Assembly: GCA_016197155.1 (NCBI GenBank)
Contig: JACPWF010000034.1
Location: 1 to 59,547 of the forward strand
Direction of reading: 5' to 3'
DNA from: Candidatus Omnitrophota bacterium
GTDB taxonomy: Bacteria; Omnitrophota; Gorgyraeia; 2-02-FULL-51-18
DNA length: 59,547 nucleotides
Under the pieces are notes generated by a model, which ran no database searches, was not told the DNA's origin, and saw only the letters and a list, made by a program, of their open reading frames with translations. The number at the start of each line of letters is the position of its first letter. Position 1 is the first letter of the stretch. Made by a program: the position numbers and the translations under genes. Below are positions 46,934-55,160 of this stretch, one piece after another.

Positions 46934-49066
46934 ATGACTCCAATAGGCATTAGCGGGCTAATCAACTTTATTTCTAGTATTTTGTTAGGCATTTTTGTTT
47001 TATTTCGGAATCCCAAAGCGCCAACCAATAGGTCTTATTTTTATTTAAATTTTAGTGTTGCTTTTTTTAGCTTTTGGTATTTCTTTTGGCAACTTGCTTC
47101 CAACAAAGGTAGTGCGTTGCCACTTTTTAAACTCCTGACCTTGGGCATTATTTTCATCAACGTTACTTATTTGCATTTTGTTTTTAATTTTTTAAATATT
47201 TATCGGTCTAAAAAAACGTTCCTGTTAGTCTGTTATATAATAAACTTTTATTTCGTTTATTTAGATTTTTCTATGAATCTTTTCAGTGATTTACGACCAA
47301 AATATGGATTTGGCTATTGGCCTGTTGCCACACCTTACTTTAATATTTTTTTGATCTTTTGGTTGGTGCAATGTTTTTATGGTTTTTTCTTCTTACTAAG
47401 CCGTTTTAAAGACACCTCTGATACCTTGGAAAAAAAACAAATCAATTATTTTATAACGGCAGCTATTATAGGTTTTATAGGGGGATCAACGAATTGGCCC
47501 CTTTGGTATAACATACCGTTCCCACCTTATTTCAATATTCTTATAACTCTTTACATTGGCTTGGTAGCTTATGCCATTGTTAAGCACCAACTAATGGATA
47601 TCGAAGTTGCCATAAAGCGTACAGCTGTATTTGCGGGATTATTTGCGTTCGTATATGGCACCTTTACTGTGGTAACGATTATAGGCCAGGAATTTTTTAA
47701 ACGGTCACTTGGATGGAATCAGTGGACAGCATTAATTCCAACCGTTTTTGTAATTACTTTTGCCCTTCGCCCGCTAGAGATTTTCCTCACCAACGCCACG
47801 GAAAAATTTTTATTTCAAAAAAAGTACGACTACCGCGTGCTCCTCAAAACGTTCACCAACGAAATCCTCACCGTTTTGGATTTGAAAGAGTTGTGCGACC
47901 AGACCGTGGCGGAACTGGTGAAGATTTTGAAGCTCGAGGCGGCCAGCGTGATCCTGCTCGACAAAGACACGAAGCTGTACAAAATTATTTCAGCGATGGG
48001 CGTCAAAGATAAAAACATCGTTTTTAAAGACGAAGACGAGCTGATCGCGTTTCTCAAAACTTCCGGCCAGCCGATCGTGAAGGACAAGAGCGTCGATAAA
48101 ATCGAGGGCGACGGCGAGCTGAAAACCACATTTAAACAGCTGAATGCCCAGCTCTGCCTGCCGATCTCGCTCCACGATCAGCTGATCGGCGTCCTTTCTC
48201 TGGGCGCCAAAAAGTCCGGTGAGGAGTACACGCAGGAGGACATTGACATTTTGACGACGCTCGCGCGCACCGAGGCCATCGCCATCTCCAACGCCCGTCT
48301 CTTCGATGAGCTTTCCAAAACGCAGGCCGAGGCCGCCCAGCGCGAGAAAATGGCCGTGATCGGCACGCTCGCCGCGGGGATCAATCACGAGATCTGTAAT
48401 CCGCTGGGCATCGTTCGCGGCCAGTGCGAAATGTTCCTTTTGAATCTCCGCGACGGAATATTCGACAAAACCTCGAAAGACGAGCTTCTCAAAATATCCA
48501 GCGAGGTGATGAACAAGGTCATCAAGGAAACCGACCGCGCGACGGGCATCACCAAGCGCCTTTCCGGTTTCGCGAAACCCTCCAAGCGCAACGAGCTCGA
48601 GGAGGTTTTCGTAGAGAAAGAAGTGGGCGAGGTCCTAAACCTCATCGGCCACGATTTGAAACTGAGCAACATCGACGTGCAGACCGATTTTCCGCTTCAC
48701 TTCCCGCCGATCCTGGCTGACAAGAAACAGATCCAGGAGGTTCTCTTCAACATCATCCGCAACGCCGCGCAGGCGATGGACGAGTCGCGCCGCGGACGCA
48801 TCCTCGTCTCCGGCGTCTCCGAAAACGGCTCGACGATGATCCGGATCGCCGACAATGGCAGTGGCATCCCGCCGGACAAGATTAGTCAAATCTTTAACCC
48901 CTTCTACACGACCAAGGCCCCCGGCAAAGGCACGGGCCTGGGCCTTTTCATCGTGAAACAGGTGGTCGAGCGCAATAAAGGCGTCATCGGCGTCGAAAGC
49001 CAGGCCGGCGCCGGCACGACCTTCACTTTGAGTTTTCCGAAAGTTTCGGAACTGGCCGCGGCCTGA
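46934..49066 (+). CDS. 7TM-GAF sensor histidine kinase
   Basis: AT-rich 7TM N-terminus ending in YAIVKHQLMDIEVAIKR. GAF-like middle region (LCLPISLHDQLIGVLSLG). H-box AAGINHEICNPL, plus a HATPase domain. Confidence 0.85.
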   Translation: MTPIGISGLINFISSILLGIFVLFRNPKAPTNRSYFYLNFSVAFFSFWYFFWQLASNKGSALPLFKLLTLGIIFINVTYLHFVFNFLNIYRSKKTFLLVCYIINFYFVYLDFSMNLFSDLRPKYGFGYWPVATPYFNIFLIFWLVQCFYGFFFLLSRFKDTSDTLEKKQINYFITAAIIGFIGGSTNWPLWYNIPFPPYFNILITLYIGLVAYAIVKHQLMDIEVAIKRTAVFAGLFAFVYGTFTVVTIIGQEFFKRSLGWNQWTALIPTVFVITFALRPLEIFLTNATEKFLFQKKYDYRVLLKTFTNEILTVLDLKELCDQTVAELVKILKLEAASVILLDKDTKLYKIISAMGVKDKNIVFKDEDELIAFLKTSGQPIVKDKSVDKIEGDGELKTTFKQLNAQLCLPISLHDQLIGVLSLGAKKSGEEYTQEDIDILTTLARTEAIAISNARLFDELSKTQAEAAQREKMAVIGTLAAGINHEICNPLGIVRGQCEMFLLNLRDGIFDKTSKDELLKISSEVMNKVIKETDRATGITKRLSGFAKPSKRNELEEVFVEKEVGEVLNLIGHDLKLSNIDVQTDFPLHFPPILADKKQIQEVLFNIIRNAAQAMDESRRGRILVSGVSENGSTMIRIADNGSGIPPDKISQIFNPFYTTKAPGKGTGLGLFIVKQVVERNKGVIGVESQAGAGTTFTLSFPKVSELAAA

Positions 49067-49068
49067 CC

Positions 49069-49437
49069 ATGCCCAGAATTTTGGCGATCGACGATGAAGT
49101 GGAATTCACCGGGCTCATTCAAAGTTATTTCGGCGCGCGCGGGTACGAGGTGCTTGTGGCCAATCAGGGCGATGAGGGCCTGCGCCTGGCGAAAAAAGAA
49201 AAACCGGACGTGTGTCTCATTGACCTCAAGATGCCGGGCATCCACGGGGATGATGTCCTCCGGGAAATTCTTCTGGCCCAACCCAAGGCCAAGTGCATCA
49301 TGATCACGGCCTCCGAGGGAGAGGGCAAGACGCGCGAGCGGCTCATGGAGATGGGGGCGTACACCTGCTTCGACAAGCCGCTCACGTCGCTGAAGGATTT
49401 GGAGGCGAAGATTAAAGAGGCGATGAATAAAAAGTAA
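49069..49437 (+). CDS. single-domain CheY-like response regulator
   Basis: 122 aa. Acidic pocket ILAIDDE, phospho-acceptor context CLIDLKMPG, and T and K positions (MITAS, FDKP). Confidence 0.9.
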   Translation: MPRILAIDDEVEFTGLIQSYFGARGYEVLVANQGDEGLRLAKKEKPDVCLIDLKMPGIHGDDVLREILLAQPKAKCIMITASEGEGKTRERLMEMGAYTCFDKPLTSLKDLEAKIKEAMNKK

Positions 49438-49442
49438 AGGCG

Positions 49443-49822
49443 GGTATCAGGGAATCAGAGGATCAGGATGCAGGATACCAGGACATCAGAATATCAGGAA
49501 AAAGAAAAAATAAAGCCGGTCGCCGGTTTTGAAAAGCTCTGGGTGTGGCAAAAGGCGCACAAACTGATGCAGGAAATTCAAGGGTTTTAATGTAGCGAGG
49601 AAAGAAGCCGGTGAAACTCAAAACCATATTCGCACAATGCTCGGCAAAGAGTATCTGAACGCGAAGCGCTCTCAGGATTTGGTGGAGCAGTATGAAGAGG
49701 TGATTAGAGGGATTAATGGTTATGTTCGGTACGTTCGGGAAAAAAAGGCGCTGAGAGGTAGAATTACCTGATATCCTGAAACCTGATATCCTGCTTCCCG
49801 ATTTCCTGATCCCCTGATAACC
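49443..49822 (+). mobile_element. IVS-like element: about 57-nt imperfect inverted arms of ATCAGG-type repeats enclosing a decayed four-helix-bundle gene
   Basis: The left arm (49443-49498) and the reverse complement of the right arm (49766-49822) align over their whole length with a few mismatches and indels. The terminal ATATCAGG / CCTGATAT and GGTATCAGGG / CCCCTGATAACC segments pair. Confidence 0.6.
49510..49771 (+). pseudogene. four-helix-bundle protein (23S rRNA intervening-sequence protein / Avd-like family), internally deleted and frameshifted
   Basis: The N-terminal piece is FEKLWVWQKAHKLMQEIQGF*. The C-terminal piece ARKEAGETQNHIRTMLGKEYL...INGYVRYVREKK lies in another frame. The central helices are missing. 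Confidence 0.6.
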
Positions 49823-49845
49823 GAACTAACGCGGAAGAGGTTCTT

Positions 49846-50229
49846 ATGCGAAAACGCCCCAGGCTCCTTGTCGTCGACAACGAAATCGACATCTGCAATT
49901 TCGTGAAATCCTTTTTCCAGGTGAGAGGCTTTAAAGTGGTCACGGCCCTAAACGGCGACGAGGCGATGGAAAAATTGGCGGCCGAAAAACCGGACATCGT
50001 CATTTTGGACATCATGATGCGTACCGCCCGGGAAGGTTTGGATTACCTGCCGAAAATTAAAAAAGCCCTGCCCTCCGCGAAGGTCCTCATGATCACCGCC
50101 GTCGAAGACAACGAAGCGATTGACACCGCGAAAAAAATGGGCGCGGACGACTACATCACCAAGCCCCTCGTTCTCGAATATCTGGAGACGACCGTACTGG
50201 AAAAGATTAAAAGTCTGAGAACAAGTTAG
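49846..50229 (+). CDS. single-domain CheY-like response regulator
   Basis: 127 aa with LLVVDNE, IVILDIMM, MITAV and ITKP receiver landmarks. Confidence 0.9.
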   Translation: MRKRPRLLVVDNEIDICNFVKSFFQVRGFKVVTALNGDEAMEKLAAEKPDIVILDIMMRTAREGLDYLPKIKKALPSAKVLMITAVEDNEAIDTAKKMGADDYITKPLVLEYLETTVLEKIKSLRTS

Positions 50230-50230
50230 T

Positions 50231-50290
50231 AGCTGGAAGTTAGTAGTTAGAAGCAAAACCTAAATAGCTTCCAGCCACTAGCTTCTAACC
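50231..50290 (+). other. long imperfect stem-loop built from degenerate 9-mers
   Basis: GCTGGAAG and GTTAGAAGC on the left are complementary to CTTCCAGC and GCTTCTAAC on the right. No U-tract follows. Confidence 0.4.
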
Positions 50291-50361
50291 GCTTCTCAGA
50301 GGAGATTGACATTTATACTAAAATCGACTATCAAGAAGCCCTCTTAAACGCCTCAAAGGGA

Positions 50362-51534
50362 ATGATCCGAGTCAAGGACCCGGTCGTTCTTCTTAAAATC
50401 ATCACCCGCTTTATCGACCGGCAGATGGGCGTGACGCACGTCGCGGTGATTCTCTACGACAAAAAGCGCGGTGCCTACACGCTCATCGACAGCAAAGGCG
50501 AGGGCGGCGCCAAGATTCCCATCGGCTACGTGAAAGTCCCCGCGGACAATCCGATCGTCAATTTTTTTAAATCCTCCCACAACGGGGCCTTCGCGCGCCG
50601 CGAGGCGCTGGTCTACAAAGAGATCGACCCCATCCAAAATTTTGAGATCCTCGTGAACAAAAAAGAGGGCCGCGCGATCCATTACGAGGACATTAAAAAA
50701 CAGATGAATTATCTGCGCGCGGCGGTGTGCGTGCCGAGTTTTTACAAAAAGGAACTGATCGGCATTCTCATTTTGGGCGAAAAGCTTTCGGGCGACGTTT
50801 ACCACGAGGAGGAGATCAGCCTCTTCGTGACGCTGGCCAACGACGTGGCGATGGCCGTGAAAAACGCCGAGTTGATCCACGATTTGAGAACGGCGTACGA
50901 GAAAGAGCACAGCCTTTTTATCAATACGTCCATTGCCCTCGCGACCGCGATCGACGCGCGCGACCGCTACACGCACGGCCACTCCGAGCGCGTCTCGCAC
51001 TACAGCCTTGTCATCGTGAAGGAGCTCATTGACTCGGGAAAAATGCAGTTTGACCGCGAATTCATGGAAACGGTCCAGCTCTCGGGGCTTTTGCATGATG
51101 TGGGAAAGATCGGGATTCGGGATGAGATTTTAAATAAGCCCGCCAAACTCACCGGCGAAGAATTTGAAATCATGAAAACCCACGTGAAGATCGGCGCCAG
51201 CATCGTCAAACCCGTGAAGGGCCTGAAGCACCTGGAGGACGGCATCCTGTATCATCACGAACGCTTTGACGGGGGAGGCTATCCGTTTGGGCTGAAGGGG
51301 AAGGACATTCCCATTATCGGGAGGATCGTGAGCGTGGCCGACACTTACGACACCATCGTGACGGCGCGTTCCTATAAAGAGGCCGAGGCCGCGGAGGCCG
51401 CTTTTGAAGAAATGAAACGCTCGTCCGGCGCTCAGCTCGACCCCGAAATCGTCGAGGCCTTTCACCGCGCGTACAAAAAAGGAAAAATCACGCGCCGCGA
51501 GTACCTCAGCTTCGATTTTTCAAAAATACACTAA
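50362..51534 (+). CDS. GAF-like domain + HD-GYP c-di-GMP phosphodiesterase
   Basis: HGHSERVSHYS...LLHDVGKIGI...HHERFDGGGYPFGL...VADTYDT. The reading frame stays open upstream to 50251, so the N-terminus is uncertain. Confidence 0.85.
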   Translation: MIRVKDPVVLLKIITRFIDRQMGVTHVAVILYDKKRGAYTLIDSKGEGGAKIPIGYVKVPADNPIVNFFKSSHNGAFARREALVYKEIDPIQNFEILVNKKEGRAIHYEDIKKQMNYLRAAVCVPSFYKKELIGILILGEKLSGDVYHEEEISLFVTLANDVAMAVKNAELIHDLRTAYEKEHSLFINTSIALATAIDARDRYTHGHSERVSHYSLVIVKELIDSGKMQFDREFMETVQLSGLLHDVGKIGIRDEILNKPAKLTGEEFEIMKTHVKIGASIVKPVKGLKHLEDGILYHHERFDGGGYPFGLKGKDIPIIGRIVSVADTYDTIVTARSYKEAEAAEAAFEEMKRSSGAQLDPEIVEAFHRAYKKGKITRREYLSFDFSKIH

Positions 51535-53122
51535 ACGCCGTCCCTTTTCCCGATCTGCTTTCCACCTCGATCTTCCCGCCGTGTTCCTTAATGATGCCGT
51601 GCACAATCGAAAGTCCCAGGCCCGTTCCGGATTCCTTCGTCGTGAAAAAGGGGTCAAAGATGTGGGGGAGCTGGTCTTCCGCGATCCCACAGCCGGTGTC
51701 GGAGACAGTGGTCAGTAGACAGGAGTCAGCAGTCAGGGACGTGGAAATCGTGAGCGTGCCGCCGCCCGGCATGGCCTGGATGCCGTTCAGGAAAAGATTC
51801 AGAAACGCCTGTTTCAACTGATTTTTATCCAGCGCCAATTCCGCATCCGCGCCGTAATTTTTGACGACGTTGATCCGATGCTCCAGCAGATTTTTATTCA
51901 GAAGGGCCAGCGTGTCATCGATGATCGGGCAAAGATGCTGACGCCGGAGCTCGAGCTCCTTGGGTTTTGAAAAATCAAGAAGCTGTTGGACGATATTGTT
52001 CACCCGGTCCACCTCATCAACCACAATTCTCTTAAACTTTTCTCTAAACTCCGGATCACCGTGTTTATAGGGCAAATATTCCGCGAAGGTTTTGATGGAC
52101 GTGAGAGGATTTTTGATCTCATGGGCCATCCCCGCGGCGAGGGTCGCCACGGATTTCATCCGGTCCTGTTTCTGGGCCTCGATTTTAAAGAGCTCGTTTT
52201 CGCGCAGGATTTTTTCAGGATCCATTTTGAAAAAATATTTGTCGAGCGTGTTTTGAATCCTCAGGCGCAAAGGATTGAAAACCAGCGCGATGAAGAGAGA
52301 GGCCATGAGCGCCACGACGATTGACCGGTAGCCGAGATAGGATTGGAAAAGGCGTTCGCTGATTAAAATAATGAAGAGATAAATAGCCGTCATGATGAAA
52401 ATAAGCGAGGAATAAATAAAGCCTCTTCGGACGATGATGTCGATGTCCAGCAACCTATGGCGCACGATGGCATAGGTGATCAGCGAAGAAAAGGCGCCTA
52501 CGAAGACGTAGCCAAACGGATAAATAGGCACATTAAACTTTGGAAGGTAATCCATGGCGGCGATGACAAAAATGCCGATGGACAGGGCGTAGTATTTGAA
52601 ACGCTGATAGTTTTCGTCCTGTAGTCTGCTTTTGGCGATAGCCGAGGCTTTAACCAAAACGTGGATAATGCGGCTGGCCAAGGCAAAAGTAAACAGCACG
52701 TAAGCCAGCATCAGCGGGCCGCCCCGAGGGTAGTAGCCCCAGTAAAACCGCTCTATTTTTGGCATGTAAAGGGGCGACGTGTATAGGCTTATCAGACTGA
52801 AAATACAAAAAAGAACGCTGAAGCAAGCCATGCGGACGTCGAATTTTTCTTTCAAATCGCCCAAGGCTTCGAGCGTGAAAAAATAGATGGTTGGCGATAA
52901 AAGAACAGCCATGGCGTGACCAAGTCTGAGAAAATTTAAAATTTGATTGAAATCACTTAGCGAATAAGCAAGCCCATAGGAGAAAAGCCATCCAAAGCTC
53001 CAAAGTGTAACCAGAAAACAAAGCTGATTTTTTTTCTTCGTCGGGTTGGACAGGAGGACAAATATTCCCAAAGCGATGTTGTAAATCGAAACAATAAAAT
53101 TGGGAATAGAGTAGGGGTTCAT
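51506..53122 (-). CDS. 7TM sensor histidine kinase
   Basis: 538 aa. The 7TM N-terminus ends in YAIVRHRLLDIDIIVRR. H-box AAGMAHEIKNPLT, plus a HATPase domain. ATGA overlap with the upstream kinase. Confidence 0.85.
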   Translation of the reverse strand: MNPYSIPNFIVSIYNIALGIFVLLSNPTKKKNQLCFLVTLWSFGWLFSYGLAYSLSDFNQILNFLRLGHAMAVLLSPTIYFFTLEALGDLKEKFDVRMACFSVLFCIFSLISLYTSPLYMPKIERFYWGYYPRGGPLMLAYVLFTFALASRIIHVLVKASAIAKSRLQDENYQRFKYYALSIGIFVIAAMDYLPKFNVPIYPFGYVFVGAFSSLITYAIVRHRLLDIDIIVRRGFIYSSLIFIMTAIYLFIILISERLFQSYLGYRSIVVALMASLFIALVFNPLRLRIQNTLDKYFFKMDPEKILRENELFKIEAQKQDRMKSVATLAAGMAHEIKNPLTSIKTFAEYLPYKHGDPEFREKFKRIVVDEVDRVNNIVQQLLDFSKPKELELRRQHLCPIIDDTLALLNKNLLEHRINVVKNYGADAELALDKNQLKQAFLNLFLNGIQAMPGGGTLTISTSLTADSCLLTTVSDTGCGIAEDQLPHIFDPFFTTKESGTGLGLSIVHGIIKEHGGKIEVESRSGKGTAFSVFLKNRS

Positions 53123-54735
53123 GGAAATGACAGAGCGAATGTGGTGCCCTGGCCGGGTTGGCTGATGGCTGATATTTTCCCCCCATGCTCCTCAATGATC
53201 CCGTGAACAATCGACAGCCCCAGCCCCGTCCCGCCCTGCTTTTTGCTGAAGAACGGGTCGAAAATGTGGGGCAGGTCTTCGGGGGCGATACCGGTGCCGG
53301 TGTCAGAAACAGTAGTCAGTAGACAGGAGTCAGAATTCAGGGAGGTCGAGACCGTGAGCGTGCCGCCGCCCGGCATGGCGTCGAGGCTATTCAGAAATAA
53401 ATTTAAAAAAACCTGCTTGAGCTGTTTTTTGTCGCCGGAGATTTTGTGATCGGAGGCGTCCATCTTTTTTTCCACGCGAATATTCTTTTTTACAAATTCG
53501 CCGGAGAGTAGATCGAGAGTCTCGTTTAGAATCTGCTCGATGAGAACCGGTTCGAGGCGCGGGGGAGTCGGCTTGGAGAATTCGAGCAGTTGCCGGACAA
53601 TGGAGTCAATTTTATTCACCTCAGCGGTCACGATTTGATCAAACTTATTTATAAACCCGGGGTCGCCCGACCTCGCGGGTAGCTGTTCCGTGAAAGTTTT
53701 GATGGCCGTGAGAGGATTCTTGATCTCATGGGCCATCCCCGTGGCGAGGGTCGCCACGGATTTCATCCGGTCCTGTTTCTGCGCCTCGATTTTAAAGAGC
53801 TCGTTTTCGCGCAGGATTTTTTCAGGATCCATTTTGAAAAAATATTTGTCGAGCGTGTTTTGAATTCTCAGGCGCAAAGGATTGAAAACCAGAGCGATGA
53901 ACAAGGAGGCTGTAAGAGCTATTAGAATCGATCGGTAGCCGAAGTATGACCGAAAAATTTGTTCGCTAATAAGTATTATTGCAAGATAAATGAAGGTGAT
54001 TATGAAGATGAGAACAGAATAAATGAAGCTACGGCGAATGATGATGTCAATGTCAAACAGTCGGTGTTTGACGATGGCATAGGTGGTCGTAGAGGCAAAA
54101 ACGGTTATAAAAATAAAGCCCATTGGGTAATATTCGATCCCATAGACGGGTAGCCAGTCGGTGGATGCGATCAGGGCTATCATGAATGACCAGAACACAT
54201 AGCGAATTCGGTTTTTTTCTTCGGGAGGAGTTTCTGGGTTTTGAATGGTTTTTCTTAGAAGAATGAAACAATAAATGAAAATGCTAAAAAAATAAGCCAA
54301 ATACAAATTGTTCAGGTAACCCGCTTTTGTTTGATACCCCCAATAGAGTTTTTGCAAGCCCACCAAAAACCCCTCCATCTCGTATAGAGAAAATACAAAA
54401 AAGATTCCAATGAGATATTGAATAAAAATTTTTCCGGAGCTATTTTTGGTTGAGAGCAAGCGATTGGTAAAATGGAAAAAAGTAATGGGAATAAATATAA
54501 CGCCTGTATAGAGAAATTTATAAATGATTTTTGCCGTGGCCTCATCATTTGTGGAGTACAACATGAAATATCCGAAGAGCCAAACGAAAACCGAGAGCGT
54601 AAGGAAGAAAAAAGTCCTATTGACGGCTGAGGCGCTGTTTTTGAACAAGACAAAAATGCCGACAGAGATCATGACTAATGAGACAACAAGCGGAGGGTAG
54701 GAGTATATTGTCGGGGAGAGGTGAGGGAACAACAT
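53119..54735 (-). CDS. 7TM sensor histidine kinase (tandem paralog)
   Basis: 538 aa. The AT-rich 7TM N-terminus ends in YAIVKHRLFDIDIIIRR. H-box ATGMAHEIKNPLT, plus a HATPase domain. Confidence 0.85.
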   Translation of the reverse strand: MLFPHLSPTIYSYPPLVVSLVMISVGIFVLFKNSASAVNRTFFFLTLSVFVWLFGYFMLYSTNDEATAKIIYKFLYTGVIFIPITFFHFTNRLLSTKNSSGKIFIQYLIGIFFVFSLYEMEGFLVGLQKLYWGYQTKAGYLNNLYLAYFFSIFIYCFILLRKTIQNPETPPEEKNRIRYVFWSFMIALIASTDWLPVYGIEYYPMGFIFITVFASTTTYAIVKHRLFDIDIIIRRSFIYSVLIFIITFIYLAIILISEQIFRSYFGYRSILIALTASLFIALVFNPLRLRIQNTLDKYFFKMDPEKILRENELFKIEAQKQDRMKSVATLATGMAHEIKNPLTAIKTFTEQLPARSGDPGFINKFDQIVTAEVNKIDSIVRQLLEFSKPTPPRLEPVLIEQILNETLDLLSGEFVKKNIRVEKKMDASDHKISGDKKQLKQVFLNLFLNSLDAMPGGGTLTVSTSLNSDSCLLTTVSDTGTGIAPEDLPHIFDPFFSKKQGGTGLGLSIVHGIIEEHGGKISAISQPGQGTTFALSFP

Positions 54736-54779
54736 TTATTTAAGCCAAATATGGATTCAAGAAAATGCCTTTGTTAAAG

Positions 54780-55151
54780 CTACTTCAAAACATGAGCGAT
54801 GGATTTGAGGAGGTGTTTGCTGTCAAACGGCTTCGCGATGTAGTCGGAGGCGCCGTTGCGGATGGCTTCCTGGGCCATCTCGACGCTTTGGTAGCCGGTG
54901 ACGATGATGACGGGAAGTTTGGGTTTTCTCTTTTTGATTGTCTTTAAAATTTCCATGCCGTGGAGTTTGGGCATCTTGATGTCGAGTAGCATCGCGTCGG
55001 GCGAGAAGGTCTTCAAAAGCTCGAGCGCCTCGACGCCGTTGGTCACCAGGCGCAGGTCGTAGTCATCCGAGAGGACGAGCTTGAAGGACTCGCGCACGCC
55101 CTCTTCGTCGTCGCAAATCAGGATAGTGGGTCTTTTAGATGGAAGCGCCAT
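54780..55151 (-). CDS. single-domain CheY-like response regulator
   Basis: 123 aa with ILICDDEE, MLLDIKMPK, IIVTGY and IAKP. Confidence 0.9.
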   Translation of the reverse strand: MALPSKRPTILICDDEEGVRESFKLVLSDDYDLRLVTNGVEALELLKTFSPDAMLLDIKMPKLHGMEILKTIKKRKPKLPVIIVTGYQSVEMAQEAIRNGASDYIAKPFDSKHLLKSIAHVLK

Positions 55152-55160
55152 GAGACCTCC

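Noticed and set aside
49764-50015. Minus-strand ORF of 83 aa, and plus-strand ORF 55455-55724.
   Set aside because: The first is antisense to the CheY gene and runs through the repeat arm. The second is antisense to the XRE-cupin locus. Neither has any family features.
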